From positions 93,312,001 to 93,376,000 of the forward strand of contig NC_058368.1 in assembly GCF_018350175.1 (NCBI RefSeq): a stretch of DNA of 64,000 nucleotides, given 5' to 3'. Origin of the DNA: Felis catus. Its lineage: Eukaryota. A program made the position numbers and the translations under genes. This document shows, one piece after another, positions 13,396 through 28,004 of this stretch. Positions within the stretch are counted from its first letter, which is position 1. Every line of letters starts with the position of its first letter. The notes under the pieces were generated by a model. That model saw only the letters and a list, made by a program, of their open reading frames with translations. It searched no databases and had not been told where the DNA came from.

Positions 13396-15737
13396 AGAAA
13401 ACAAGGTCCAGGGTAGTGTCCCAGGGGTCAAGGGAACAGATGACACTGATGCACGTTACCTATGGCAACACTAAATATTGGGATCAGGAAAAGTCATTGG
13501 TTTTACCAACTCAAATCTCATCTCTAGTGAGCACAGTTTCTTTGTTTGTAGAGAAGAACATATAGACCTCTGCTCTAAGACCTGCTACCTCCTTGCCTTT
13601 CCTTTGAATAAAGCACTGGCCCTATCCAATGCTACTCAAAGTCAGCAGGGGCAAGATAGCTGCCATATTGTTAAACCTCCCTGTACTAAGTAACTAATTA
13701 CATGCATGGAGAAATACCCAAACAGGGTTACAACAGTTTCTAATATATTTTAAATGCTTCCCGTTGAACAAATCAATGGTGTCCTCTGTGCTGTGGGGTC
13801 GTGATTAATTGCTTTCCTATTTCACATACTCCACATGTTCCGAGTTTTCAAAAATGGACATGCATTACTTTTGCAAGATCTTTATGTATTTGCATGCTTG
13901 TCCAATTAGTAAAAATACAGATAACTAAAAGTCATGTTACATTGTGCCAGACTGTCACCTTTTCATTCCTCAACATTAAACTGAAAAACAAAAACAAAAA
14001 CAAAAAACCAACAATGACACTAACATTACCTATAGAATTTTTGTGACAGAATAAAACATCCTGTTTCTTCACAGCACCAACTCCACCGTGGTCTAGATCC
14101 TTTTCTCCAACATAACTGGCATTATTAAAGATGAACATTCAAAATGTTGATCTTGGTAGGATTGCTAGGTATTAGACAAGGCAGCTTTCACTATAATTCA
14201 CTTAGATACACAGGAGCTAAAACCCAGGGAAACAGAGCTTTTAGGAGACACTGTGAAATGAGAAAAGTCCTTACAAATTAAGAAATGTTAATAACAAAAA
14301 AGTAGGACAGAAGATCGTTATTTTTAGTTGAGAAGTAAAGCAGCAGGGTGTTGGCAAGAAGGCCAAGAAAGAAAGCAATGCCGTTAACTCCCCAGGGCTG
14401 TGTAGAATCATCCCAGCTACTTATTCTATTTGATTACAGGCTCCTACTCTCCTACATGCTTCACAAGGTGGTGGCAAGTGCCAGCCCTCACATCTCACCT
14501 AGGGGTTAGACCAGGGCCTTGCTGTTTTTTAATTTAGGTTTTAAAATATAAAAAGAAATCCCAGAAACCTGAAGGATTTTCCCATGTTCTAGAACACTTT
14601 GATTAAAAAAAAAAAAAAAAACCTTCGGGGAAATCCTTTCACATAGGAAACGACACCAAGAGGAAAGAGAAAAGGAAGAGAATTCTAGGCATATATACCA
14701 GGGGCTGGCAGGGGGGTGCACGGTTCTCAGAAACAAGCAACAGAAGGTCCTGATAAACTTCAACAACCATAGACTCTACATTCAGGTTTTTTTCTTATAG
14801 TCATTCCTGTACTTGGGACATCATCCACAGTGACTCTTAATTTTCATCACCGACCAACCCCTAGCTATCTTCCTTCACTTCTCAGCATGTTCTGACATAC
14901 CCCTACCCCCTTGTACCCTCACCTGTGTCTCTAGAAGGCTTAACCTGACCCCTCGGGTCTCCTTTCCTTGAAGGGGTATCTCCTTAACAAGAGAACTGGT
15001 AGCATTTCAGGTTGACATGGTGAAGGACCTTAAATATGTATGAGCTTTGACACCAATGATCAGATTCTACAGTCATGCCTGATACCTGATCCATCATTTA
15101 CACAACAGACATAAAATTTCATTAGAACACAGATTCAGCTTTTAACACTGCCAAACGTAACTACAGAAACACTAAATGCCTGAGTGTACTTATTCCTAGA
15201 CGTTAACAGCTAATCTATACAAACAGTGCCATAATTTGTTAATTAGAGTTGCATGTTGACTGAGAAATGTATTTGTCCCATTTGGTAGAAATCCAAAAGA
15301 CCAAAACTACATGTTTGGGTTCCAAAAATATGGGGATCTCTCTATACCAATACCTAGTAAATTAAGAATATCAGAGATATTCAGTTGATAGGAGAAGTGT
15401 GCCTGGGTCTACCTGCAGGCACAATGTTGGCTTTGATTGCCCCCCCCCAAAAAAAAAGTCCCAACTAACTAATCATCACACATATCCCTTCTCATCTCCT
15501 AAGTCTGAGATCCTCTAATTAGGATCACCTTTTTTTGAGTTAAGTCTCAAGATATCATGGAAAAATGACACAGCACAGAATGTGGTAAAGATTGCCCTTA
15601 AACCATGATCTAAGGCTTCCAGGTAGAGTGTTCTTTGTGTGTATACAAGCACCTAACAGAGTTCCTGCCACAGAGTTTCTGTCTGGGGCCTCAACCAACA
15701 TGGATTGTTCCCATTAATCACACCACTATATGTCCAT

Positions 15738-15971
15738 ACTTCTCAAAGTGTGTCCCCAGAACCATAGGATCAGCATCACCTGGAAACTTGCTAGAAATGC
15801 ATATTCTCAGGCTCCCCCAGACCTAAATTAGAAATTCTAAGGTTGGGGGCACCTGGGTGGCTCAGTCAGTTAAACATCAGACTTCAGCTCAGGTCGTGAT
15901 CTCACAGCCCATGGGTTCAAACCCCACGTCGGGCTCTGTGCTGATAGCTCACAGCCTGGAGCCTGCTTCAG

Positions 15972-16027
<56 letters not shown>

Positions 16028-16510
16028 CCTCCCTCTCCCTCTCCCTCTCCCTCTCCCTCTCCCTCTCCCTCCCTCTCCCTCTCTCTCTCTGCCCCTGTCC
16101 TGCTCATACTCTGTCTCTCTCTCTCTCTCTGAAATAAATAAACATTAAAAAAAATTTTTTTTAATTCTGAGGTTGGGGCCCAGCTATTTCTGTTTTAATA
16201 AGCCTTCCAGATGATTCTCATGTGCACTAAGTTTGGAAGGCCACTGCTCCCTCAGAGGCTTCTCCTAAGGACCATTTGCCTCTCTTGACTAGAAGCCTGA
16301 CATCACACTGTATTTATTTTTACTGAAACTTCATACAGAATGGGTCTATTTTTCTCAAACATGAATGTGAAGAATCATTACTTGGGGCCCTTGTTAAAAG
16401 GCACATTCTCATTCAGTGGATGTGAGGTAGGGCCTACAAGTCTTCATTTCTAGTAACCTCCAAGGTGATGTCAACCACTGCTCAGTGGACCACCATTTAA
16501 GGAGCTACAG
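15738..16510. mobile_element. MER5 (hAT-Charlie) elements, first interrupted by SINE
   Basis: ttctcaaagtgtg...cagcatcacctggaaacttgctagaaatgca; second reverse copy near 16350-16510. Confidence 0.8.
15846..16160 (+). mobile_element. CAN-SINE with expanded (CT)n/(CTCCCT)n
   Basis: Consensus; TSD aattct(a/g)aggttgggg. Confidence 0.95.
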
Positions 16511-17883
16511 ACTGTAGTTAATTACTTCAACTGACACCAAAATTTGGGGTTAAGTATCTTGGACTGTGATATCCTAACATCTATGTGCCCTTCCTTGGTG
16601 TCAATACCACTGACATCCTAGAATCCTCTGGGGAAAAAAAAGTAAATAAATCAATGCCCCTTTATCTTTAACATTTCAGCAAATATTATGTAGTCTTATA
16701 ATTACAGTAGTGCTTTTAGAATGAGGTAGAGGACTGAGGGGGGTTGGTCAGGCAGTGAAAGAAGCAGCCCCAGAGACTAATGTTCTGAGGGGTGGTGTGA
16801 TGAGAGGGTCAGAAAGACAGACACTGTGCTCAGAAAGGGAAGCTGGAAGGCACAGAAAACATGCATGACTGACTCCACAATTTTGAGAGAAGTCAGCCCA
16901 GGGCAGCAGCGCCAAGGAATGTCAATTAACTCTCCACAATTGAGTCCGAAGGAGAGAACTCATCATGTCTGATGGGATGCCTTCATCCAAAGTGTTCGGG
17001 CTTTTATCATCAAACCACACCCGTATCTTGATACACAGTAATCTCAGACCTGACTTTTTTATTTTCCTTTTTTCCTTCTTTCTTTGTTGTTTATACTGGA
17101 AACTTTCTTCACAAAAATATTTTCTCTACACTTGCTGATAAAAGAGACAGGCGGATGCCCAGTGTAAAAAGATGCTGTTGGACTATACACAAGGCAACAC
17201 ATGACCACCATGAATTATTCTGATTGATTCCCCAGTGATGGGTCGGTGTGCACTGTGGTAGAATGCTCAGCACCAGCCTGACAACAGGGTAAGAGAAGGT
17301 TCTGTTGCCAAAGGGCGGTTGGAAATAAGGGGCTTTTCACCTCTGACTTACAGGCCTGCATTCCATAATCAGTTTTCACACTCTTCCTTGCTTCAGACTT
17401 GCACAAATGGGCACTTCCTGGCAGTCCAAGGTCAATGGACAGGATGACTGAAACCACATACATGGGGGATAATGGCAGGGCAGGCCCCTGACTCATATTT
17501 GTGGTACAAATTGAAGGCCAGACACTCTGTGGTTCACTCAGAGAAGATTCACAGTCACTCAGGCCAAATTACCACCATTGCCCTGGCTAACCCCATGTAA
17601 TGGATCTTAATTCAATGATATCCCAAGACATATTAAAAAGCATAGCCTCTATCATCCAGTGGAATCAGACCTCTAGTGCCAACCTGTCTCTGATGTAAGT
17701 CAGGAAGGAAGAAAATAATTACCTGTCTTACCCTCCTAGTGACTTTGAAAACAATTTGTTGGCACATTACACTTAGTTGGACTACACTATTCCTGTTGCT
17801 ACAGAATAAACATAGGAGATGATGAAGCCCAGAACATTTCCCTTCTTGGTGATATTACATTAGAGTTAGCTGGTGACTTGAAA

Positions 17884-17889
17884 TTTATT
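17884..17889 (-). promoter_or_regulatory. Candidate polyadenylation signal
   Basis: AATAAA on minus strand ~60 nt after the terminal stops of the pseudogene. Confidence 0.3.
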
Positions 17890-17947
17890 TTGAACAAGCC
17901 TTGAGTCCTGAAGTCATTCTCCCCAGTGATGGTTCACCAGCTGACAT

Positions 17948-18099
17948 TTATGTCTACCCTCTCCCAGGCCAAAAAAGACTCTCCGCTTTTCCAAATTTCC
18001 TGCCAGCCTCCACCAGGGAATTCTGGATGGTGTGGAAGATTCAGGAAGTCAATTGAGGCTGCCAGGAATCTTCATCCAGGTTAATCATCTCTGTAGACT
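17948..18099 (-). pseudogene. GREB1-like last coding pseudo-exon
   Basis: cttcttttctcctag|AG in phase 1; INLDEDSWQPQLTS*IFHT...SLFWPGRG*T* vs LELEDEWQFRLRDEFQT...PLFFLTGRHI*. Confidence 0.75.
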
Positions 18100-18265
18100 C
18101 TAGGAGAAAAGAAGCAGGCGGGCTGGCTGAGTGCTGCAGATAAGCAGATGGCGTGGGCACAAGTTAAATGAACTGCATATTGGCTTCCAAATTCTCCTGC
18201 ATCTAAAGCCATCAAAACAACATGATGTTGCTACAGATTTCATTATCAACTTGATGAACACTTAC

Positions 18266-18388
18266 CATGACGAGAGAGAGAGGACAATAGATTCCATGCT
18301 TCGGTACCTTGTAAATGTGAAATTCCCTTTGACATTGCACACCAAAAAGAGCTAAGGAAATCAACTGTTGAAGACATTCAACTATTCC
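18266..18388 (-). pseudogene. GREB1-like penultimate pseudo-exon
   Basis: aatttcag|GG ... CATG|gtaagt; STVDFLSSF vs VGASFLKKF; HLQG vs FLKG; SSLSR vs SSLR. Confidence 0.75.
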
Positions 18389-19365
18389 CTGAAATTTTTA
18401 AAATGACTCCAAAATCTTTTTTTTACCTCAATGGTAAGGAAATCCAAGGAATATGGAAGAACTCGAAAAAGTGAAGAATAATTATTCAAGGCAAAGGGGT
18501 CCCAAATATTAGATGAAATATTTTTATATTTATTAATAAAAAAATATTGCATTCAGTTGCATCAAGATTTCATTAGCTTAGGAAATGGGAAAAAAAACAT
18601 TATACATTTCTGCTACTGATGAAAAGCACTGTTTCTTCCCATGATTTTAAGTTATCTGAATGAATCCACGTGTAAGGAATGAATTTAGGGTCACAATATC
18701 TCATCAGATCAAACTGAGGTAAGGTCTACAGCATCAGGCAGCAGAGAGTTATAATTATCAGTCTAGAGTAAGTGACATACAAGGTCAGAAAGCACTGATG
18801 ATGACAACTCTGTGGTCTGTTTTAGAACAGAAAAAAAAATACCTTTCTATTTGTTGGAATAAAAAAAAAAAAAACAATCACTTGATGAACAAAGCCGAAA
18901 AGAAAAAAGTTTTCTTTGGCTTAGTCTTCATGTGTACAGTCTCTCACATTGAAGCACAGGAAAGCATCCAGGTACCATGACCTACAGGAAAGGATCTAGC
19001 ACTTGAATACACATTGAGATACATTGAGATTTATAGGTTCTAAGAGCCCACTGTTTTTAATACTGGACAAATTAATTAAGTCATTATAGAGGTTTAAACT
19101 TGACAATTTAACATTGCCTTTGAGAATTTGTGAGGGCTGGAGCAGAGTGCTTTTCAAAGACAAATAAAAACACAGCTATTTTAAGTATTATGTTTGGAGG
19201 ATCCAAGAGCCCAGAGAGCAAGTAAAAGTCAGCATGACTTTATGGAATATATTTTGTCAAAATAGATTCTTTCTACAAACCTAATGAATTACATCAAGGC
19301 AATCAGTCTTCCTTGAGTCCACTGGTTCTTCTACAACATTTTGTTAAGCATCTGCTATTATGTAC

Positions 19366-19850
19366 TTTTTTTAAATATAATTTTTTTGTCACGTTGGTTA
19401 ACATAGAGTATATCCAGTGTGCTCTTGGTTTTGGGGTAGATTCCCATGATTCATTGCTTACATACAACACCCAATGTTCATCCCAACAAGTGCTCTCCTC
19501 AATGCCCATCACCCATTTTCCCCCTCCACTCCCCCCGCCATCAACCCTCAGTTCATTCTCTGTGTTTAAGAGTCTCTTATGATTTGCCTCCCTCCCTGTC
19601 TGTTTATAACTATTTTTCCCCTTCCCTTCACCCATGGTCTTCTGTTAAGTTTCTCAAAGTCCACATATGAGTGAAAACATATGATATTTGTCCTTCTCTG
19701 ACTAACTTATTTCACTTAGCATAATACCCTCCAGTTCCCTCCACATTGTTGCAAATGGCAGGATTTCATTGCCAAGTAGTATTCCATTGTATATATAAAC
19801 CACATCTTCTTTATCCATTCAGCAGTTGATAGACATCTAGGCTCTTTCCT
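19366..19850 (-). mobile_element. Felid L1 3' end
   Basis: Reverse of the 3' UTR seen at 3576-3968. Confidence 0.9.
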
Positions 19851-20544
19851 TTGGATGCTGTGGATTTACTCTTCTCATCTAGAAAGGTAGATCCCTCACT
19901 GTTCTCTCCTCTAATATATACAGAAGTGGATGCTTGACCCAAAATAGGCTAACCAGGGCACCCACTTCCCAGGGAGACAGTAATTGGCCTAGAGGTGAAC
20001 ACACATCTCAGGCCAGAGTCTTAATGTTAAAAACAAACAAACAGACAAAAAGCACTCTTTGTGTGGCTGGTTACTAAGGCCACCAACACAAGGAAGTGTT
20101 AAAGAGAACAAAGCTGTCAATTACAGGTAAGAAGAAAAGACTGTATTAGAGACATTCCAGTCCAACTGAAGTCCTTGAAATCCCTCAAACAGCTAAACAT
20201 TCTGTAACTTGCTTTCAGTCCTATGAGCTACCCCGACAGCTTTCCAACAAATTTTGTGTCATAGGTAGTTTGAGGTGAATTTCTGTCTCTTGAAACCAGA
20301 CAAGTTCTGGTTAAACTTGGAGGCCAGGAAGACTCAGTCTGCTTTCTGACATTAGATTTGATGGGAAGGAACATCAATCAAATGAGAAGTAAATCTATGG
20401 TTTTGAACTGTGGATGTAGGAAGGATATAACACTTCATGTGATATGGTCATCATGCTATGAAAATACCTTAAATCAGAGGTTTACCAATCTGAAAACATT
20501 TTCAGCTTTGCAATCTGACCTGGAGATTCATTTCATAAGCCTCT

Positions 20545-20745
20545 TTTTTTAAGTTTTTATTTTATTTTGGAGAAAGAGAGAGAGCATGAGTGGGGGAAGG
20601 GGCAGAGAGCGAGGGAGATAGAAGATCCCAAGAACATATAGTGCAGAGCCCCCAATGCAGGGCTCACACTCACGAACCATGAGATCATGACCTGAGCCCA
20701 AATCAAGAGTAGAATGCTTAACCAACTGAACCACCCAGGTGTCCC
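20545..20745 (-). mobile_element. CAN-SINE
   Basis: Reverse consensus. Confidence 0.9.
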
Positions 20746-22160
20746 AGAAACCTTTTCATAGAGGGCTGGTCTCAATCTGTTAGGCTCAGGAACCCCATGG
20801 CAAGGTCCTAATCAAGTGCTCACTGGCTGGGTCTAGCAGACAAAGCAAGATGGGACGGTTACTTTGCTTGACAGCCAGCTGCAGGTTCTGCAGGGAAACT
20901 GTTAATAGCAAACTGGCCTTCAGGTTAAAGGAGCAATTAATTGATATGCATTTTTAAAAAAGAATTAAATATTTATTCCACTGTTGTGAAATAAATACAT
21001 GTTAGGGTAATCCTATGGAGTGCTTAACAAGAGAAAAGCTATTCTTTTCCCAAGAATTCAAGCTAATTGACTTGGAAGGAAAAGCAGTACTAGGAAATAA
21101 CCATTTTGCAGTCCCATGCAATAGTCTCCAATGGATAAAAGCATGTATAGCAGAGGATGACAGAGAGCACTACAATGGAGGGACTGATGATCAACCTTAG
21201 CATCCTGAGACGTGAGAAAAACAGACACTGTGCGCCTCACAATAGGATGCGACATGAAGCCATGGCCCTGCCTGTTAAGTGTTCTTGCCAAAATGGGTGA
21301 ACCACAGTGAACTCAAGCCTGAACCCATCCCTCATTTGCTGGAAAGAGATGAACAGAAGAGCAAGTTAAACATCACCCCAAAGAAGCAAACAGACAACAC
21401 TATGAGAAGTAAACTTGGTTTTTTGCAAAGAGTCACCTAAAAAAAGCAAAAGGAAAAAGAGAAATACTCCAGATGAAAAGAAATTTAGGAAAAGCAACAA
21501 CCAAGTGACTGTGCATCTTGTTTGGGTCCTGAGCCAACCAAACTAACTATAAAATGATCTTTAGGGGCCAAGGGGAGAAATCTGATTATGAAATAGATAT
21601 CCCATGGTAATAAGAAATTGTGACAGGCATGATAATGAGACTACAGTCATATTGTGGCTCATGTTCTTTAGAGAAGGATACTGATGTGTGTAGGAGGGAA
21701 ACAACATAATGTGTAAGGTTTGCTTTTAAATACTTCAGCAAAGGAAAACAAAGGATGGGTAAATAATGCAAATGGGGCAAAATCTTGGTTAGGTGAAGCC
21801 AATGGAGATTCATTGTTCTATTCTTTCTAGTTCACATACATTTGAGCATTTCCAAATGCATATTTTCAAGTTCTGCTCTTTGCAAAGAGAAAGTAGCTCT
21901 TTTTTAAACGAGCGTGTGTGCTACTGAGAATCACTGTGAGACCAAACACATCTTGCAATTATAACTGAAAAGTCAGTCAAAAAAAAAAAAAAAAACAATA
22001 GAAGCCAGCTTTCACAAATATCTTACTCAATAACAAAACGTGTTTAAGAGCAGAACATTACAAGATACTGTACTGGCTGATGGTTACCAGTTTTTAAAAT
22101 TTTAGCCAGGAAAAAAAAGAAACTCGTTAGTAATGGAAAAATAATAAAAGAATTATTTAG

Positions 22161-22578
22161 AGGGGTGCCTGGGTCGCTCAGTTAGTTGAACATCCCACAC
22201 TTGATCTTGGCTCAGGTCTTGATCTCAGGGTCTTGAGTTCAAGCCCTGCAATGGGCTATGTGCTGGGCATGAAGCCTGCAAAACAGGAAGGAAGGAAGGA
22301 AGGAAGGAAGGAAGGAAGGAAGGAAGGAAGGAAGGAAGGAAGGAAGGAAGGAAGGAAGGAAGGGAGGGAGGGAGGGAGGGAGGGAGGGAGAGGGAGAGAG
22401 AGAGAAAGAGGAAGACAAAAAGACAGAAAGAATGAGAGAGAGAATGAGAGAAAGAGAACAAGAGAGAGAACAAGAGAGAAAATGAGAGAACGACAGAATG
22501 AAAGAATGAAAGAAAGAAAGGAGGGAGAAAAAGAAAAAAAAGAAAAGAGAAGAAAAGAAAAAAGAAAAGGAAAAAAAC
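22161..22578 (+). mobile_element. CAN-SINE with long (GGAA)n/(GGGA)n purine tail
   Basis: Consensus head followed by tetranucleotide repeats. Confidence 0.9.
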
Positions 22579-22611
22579 CATGATCTTCCCCTACAAACCC
22601 TACTAGGTTTT

Positions 22612-22642
22612 TGGGTTTTGTTTTGTTTTTTTAAAAGAGAGG

Positions 22643-22675
<33 letters not shown>

Positions 22676-22858
22676 CGAGAGAGAGAGCGCACATGTGCAA
22701 CCAGGGGAGAGGGGCAGAGGGAGAGAGAGAGAATCTCAAGCAGTCTTCATGCTCAGCGTGGAGCCCGACTGAGGGGCTCAATCCTGTGACCAGGAGATCA
22801 TGACTTGAGCTGAAATCAAGAGGCAGATGATTAATCTACTGAGCCACCCAGATGCCCT
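22612..22858 (-). mobile_element. CAN-SINE
   Basis: Reverse consensus. Confidence 0.9.
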
Positions 22859-23686
22859 GAAACCACATTAGATTTGAAATAAGAGATGTAGGGATTCCAA
22901 CAGAACCTAAAATAAACACTGGAGTCAACAACATTGTAGTTATAAAAAGAAAATCCAGGAGATTTTTCCCACCATTTTTTCTTGAAATAAAATTTGAAAA
23001 TCATAAGCAGATATTATTTAGCCAAAAGGAAGAATTTTTTTGCCTACAATGGTACGTACATTGAAATTTACAATTAAAGTATAACCCTGCTCTCTTCTTG
23101 AAAAAAGAAAAAGTAAATGACCTTCTCCTCCAAGATGTGCTTATAGGTCAGACTGATCTGAAACCCTGTGGGCAACCCCTGTTACTGCCTTTCTGTAACT
23201 TCTTCTTGGATCATCTGGAATCACATACGCAACTGTCCAACTCCCAGAGAAATCAAAAGGCTTCTTAAAATCCTCTCATCTGTGAGATAGAAGATAACTA
23301 CTTAAGAAGGTTTCAAGCAATATTGCATTACAGGACACCAAAACTAACGAGAAATAAATATGGCCAGAATCCTATCACTGGTAGAAAATTAAGAAAAAAA
23401 AAAAATGATGTTCAGGGCAGAAATTAAAGAAAATGCAAATGATTCTACCATTTGGCTCTGAAATGCTCTCTTTTGACAAAAGGAGGGATTTTCATTTGGC
23501 AACAAATTGCTTACATAATGAAAATGACAAATTATTCCATAAGCCTACAGCATGATAATTTTGTTCCAGTGGATAATGTGTTTCTTAAAAACAAAACAAA
23601 CAAAAAAAACACCTGCTTTTATTTTAAAACAAAATCAAAATAATTATTTAGTAAAGTTAAGCATTAGAATAAGAAAACTCTGTTAT

Positions 23687-23890
23687 GGGGGTGCCTGGGT
23701 GGCTCAGTCAGTTAAACATCCAACTTCGGCTCAGATCATGATCTTGCAATTCACAAGTTTAAGTCCCACTTTGGGCTCTGTTCTAACAGCTCAAATTCAG
23801 TGTCTCCCTCTCTCTCTCTGCCCCTTCCTCCCTGCTCAAGTTCTGTGTCTCCCTCTCTCTCAAAGATAAATAAACATTAGAAAGATCAAA
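23687..23890 (+). mobile_element. CAN-SINE
   Basis: Consensus; TSD aagaaaactgttat-like. Confidence 0.9.
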
Positions 23891-24899
23891 AAGAAAAAAG
23901 AAAACTGTTATATTTTTTTCTCACGTGCTACAACTATACTATTAGGTGCTATCTGCAAGAAATTGGATTTAATTGGGCAAGGTGTATTTACAAACTTTAA
24001 TATTTCCTATTATCTCTAGGAGTCAGTAGAACTAGAAAATCTTTCAAACCTCTTCTCATTTCTTCCATTCCATTGGAGACAGGGACACTAATCTAATTTT
24101 TGAGACTATATTTGATGTGACCCCTAGTAGAGCAAGGTAACTAGGGAACAGGGCAACTACTGGCTATTGTAGGCACTCAGTGCTCTCATTTGCTGTGAAG
24201 TTTCTTCAAAGAACGGCCAGTAGTTATGTCTTCACCCCCTCCTCCCTCATTCTTTATCCAGTTCTTCCCAGTCATGCTTCTTCCCTTCACCATGGCACCT
24301 GAGACATCACAACACCACTAATTGCGTCTATGTAGCAAACCCCACAATCATTTCTGTCTTCTGTTCACTCAAATCTCTACAGTCTTTTACCTTTCCCCAT
24401 TCTTTCCTCCATGAATCATCTTCTCTGGGCATCCATGAAGACACACTCTCCTGGCTCCTGCCCTATCTCCCTAGCCACCCCTGCTCAGCTCCTTCTCCTT
24501 GGCTCTACCTCTACATACTTATGCATTCTTTTTGAAAGCAAACCATGATAAAACAGCAGGGTTTCTGAGAAATTACTTTCTTCTGTTCAATAAGCATGTC
24601 TCCTCCCCTCCCCCTTTCCATTACTCTTGTTCTAACTGTAAGACCTAAAGAAGTTTTAGAATTTCTTTCAATTTCATTGATTTTAGACATTGAGATCACA
24701 TGTGGTCTGTAGATTAGAGAAAATAATATAGGTGATGTCGCTATATAGTGAAACCTCTTGGAAAAAAAACCTCTCTGAAATTATTATAAGCCCAAAGGAT
24801 AATGAAAGAAATAAAACAGTCTGTGCCTGGAAATATTTCTATGAATTATCTTTGTTCAGAGACTCCAAGAAAAGTGGGACCATAAGTGGATCATTAAAT

Positions 24900-26965
24900 G
24901 GGACAGTAAAAAGATAATATAACATGATCAAGTGAAATTTATTCCTTGAATGCAGGGATGGTTCAACATACACAAATCAGTAACTGTGATACACCACTCT
25001 AACAGAATGAAGGATATAAAACTGTATGATTATCTCAAAAGAGGCAGAGAAAGCGTGTGACCAAATGTAACATCATTTCATGATAAAAACTTACAACGTG
25101 TTAGGTATAGAAGGGATATACCTCAACATAATCAAAGTCACACATGCCCATAACTAACATCATACTTAATGGTGAAAAGCTGAAACTTTTTCCATTAAGA
25201 TCAGCAAAATTACCAGAGTGCCCACTCTTGCCTCTTGTTTTCAACACAGCACTGGAAGTCCTATCCAAAGTAATTAGGCAAGAAAAAGAAAATGTAGGCA
25301 TTGAAATCAGAAATCAAGAAGTAAAACTGTCTCCATTTGCAGATGAATCATCTATGGAGAGAAAAACTAAATTCTCCACCAAAAATGGTTAGAACTGATA
25401 AATTAATTCAGTAAAGTTGCAGGATATAAAATCAACATGCAAAAATCAATTGTCTTTTTATACACTAATAACTATCTGAAAAAGAAATTAACAAAACCAC
25501 TTATAATAACATCAAAAAGAAAATATTTAGGAATCAATTTAACCAAGGAAGTGAAATATCTGTACACTGACCCTATAAGATACTGATGAAAGAGGGGTGC
25601 TTGGGTGGCTCCCTTGGTTAAGCATCCAAATTCAGCTCAGGTCATGATCTCACAGTTCATGGGTTCGAACCCCATGTTGGGCTCTGTGCTAACAGCTCAG
25701 AGCCTGGAGCCTGCTTCTGATTCTGTGTCTCCCTCTCTCTCTGTGCTTCCTCCACTCTCTCTCACACGCTCTCTCTTTCTCAAAAATAAATAAACATTAA
25801 AAAAAAACTTTTTAAAAAGATACTAATAGAAGAAATGGAAGAAAACACCAATAAATGAAAAGATATTATATCTGTGGATTAGAATGACACTGGGAAAATG
25901 TCCATACTACCCAAAGCAATCTAAAACTTCAATGCAGGGGCACCTGAGTGGCTCAGTTGGTTGGGTGTCCAACTTCAGCTCAGGTCATGATCTCACGGTT
26001 TGTGAGATCGAGCCCTGCGTCCGACTCTGTGCTGACAGCTCAGGCCTGGAGCCTGCTTTGGATTCTGTGTCTCCCTCTCTCTGCCCCTCCCCTGCTCATG
26101 CTCTCTCTCTTTCTCTCTGTCTCAATAATAAATAAACATTTTAAAAAATTCAAAAAAAATAATAAAATAAAATAAAAATTCAATGCAATCTCTATCAAAA
26201 TTCAATTAGCATTTTTCACAGAAAGAGAAAAAACAACGCTAAAATTCTTACAGACCACATAAGACTATGAATAGCTTAAGGAAGCATAAGTACAAAGAGC
26301 AGAACTGGAAGCATCACACTGCCTAATTTCAAACTACATTACAAAGCAATAATAATCAAAACAATACGTTAGTGGCATAAAAGCAGACACAGAGATCAAC
26401 AGGAGAGCCCAGAAATAAATTCATACATATATGGTCAATTAATTAATGACAAAGGTGCCCAAGAATACACAATGAAGAAAAGATAGTCTCTTCAATAAAC
26501 AGTGCTAGGCACACTGGACAGCCACATATTCAAAAGAACAAAATTAGACACCTATCTCACACTAAAGACAAAACTCAACTCACAATAGACTGAAGAATAA
26601 ATGTAAAGCCTGGAACCTAAAACTCCCAGAAGAAAACACAGGAAGGAAGCTCCTTGACATTGAACTTGGCAATAGTTTTTTGGATTTGACACAAAAGCAA
26701 AGGCAATAAAAGCAAAACCAAGAGGGATTACATCAAACTAAAAAGTTTCTGCATAGTAAAGGAAACAATCAACAAAATAAAAATGTAACCTACAGAATGG
26801 GAGAAATATTTTCAAGCTATATATCTGGTAAGGGGTTAGTATCCAAAATAGATAAGGAACTCCTACAACTCAACAGCAAAACAAAACAAAACAAAACCCC
26901 ACAAACAACCCAATTAAAAATGAGCAAAGGAACTCACTAGGTATTTAAAATATATAGATAGATAA

Positions 26966-27000
<35 letters not shown>

Positions 27001-27910
27001 TAGATGACTAATAGGTATATAAAAATTTGTTTAATAGCACAAATCATCAGGGAAATGTAAAACCATTAACCTCACACCAGTTAAGATGTCTATTAACAAC
27101 AAGACAAGGGATACCAAATGCTGGTAAGGTAATGGAGGAAAGAGAACCCATGTATACTGTGGGTGAGAATATAAACTGATTCAGCCACCATGGAAAACAG
27201 GATGGAGGTTCATCAAAAATTTAAAAATATAACTACCATATGATCTATCAGTCCCACTTCTGCACATATAACCAAAGAAATGAAATCACCATCTCAAAGA
27301 AATATCTATACTCCCCTGTTCATTGCAATGTTAGTCGCAGTAGCCAAGATATGGAAGCAACAAAGGGGCTATCAACAGATGAATGGAGAAGGGAAATGTA
27401 GTCTATGTGTATGATGAAATATTGTTCAGCCTTAAAAGAGAAGGAATTCCTGTCATTTGTGACAACATGGATGAAACTGGAAGGCATTATGCTAAATGAA
27501 AGAATCAGACAGAGAAAGACAAATACTGCATGATATCTCTTATGTATGGAATTAAAAAAAAGTTGAACTTATATAAACAGAGGAGAATGGTGGTTGGCAG
27601 GGGCTGGGGGTGGGAGAAATGGGGAGAGGTTGATAAAATGGTTTAAACTTTCAGTTATAAAATGAACAAGGTCTGAGGACCTAATGTATAGCATGGTGAC
27701 TAGAGTGGTAATACTGTATTGTATACTTTAAATTTCCTAAGTAGATCTTTAGTGTTTTTACAAAGAAAACAAAAAGGTAACTCTGAGAGGTGATGGATAA
27801 GTTAGTAACTTGATTATTGGAATCCTTTCAAAAGGTATGCATATATCATATCATCACATTGTATACTTTAAATATATTACAATTTTGTCTACTTTGCCTC
27901 AGTAAAACTG
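24900..27910 (+). mobile_element. 5'-truncated L1 (RT to 3' UTR) with SINEs at ~25593-25815 and ~25937-26176 and (GATA)n
   Basis: NIILNGEKLKLFPLRS..ECPLLPLVFNTALEVL..VKLSPFADE RT motifs; 3' UTR. Confidence 0.95.
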
Positions 27911-27956
27911 AAAAGTCTTGTTCATGAGTACTCACAGCAGTTTTATTTCTAATAGC

Positions 27957-28004
<48 letters not shown>

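Noticed and set aside
13450..17880. Largely repeat-poor stretch that might hold enhancers or exons
   Set aside because: No convincing exon chain, CpG island or recognisable RNA gene; conservation data would be needed.
18266..18388. Stop-free alternative frame GIVECLQQ...SLVM suggesting a live exon
   Set aside because: It ends three codons into the next exon; the GREB1-matching, phase-compatible frame is a different one and contains a stop.
22225..22803. Long ORFs of 116-180 aa
   Set aside because: Translations of (GGAA)n/(GA)n microsatellites and SINEs.
25144..25392. Reverse-transcriptase-like ORF
   Set aside because: Broken L1 ORF2 fragment, not an independent gene.
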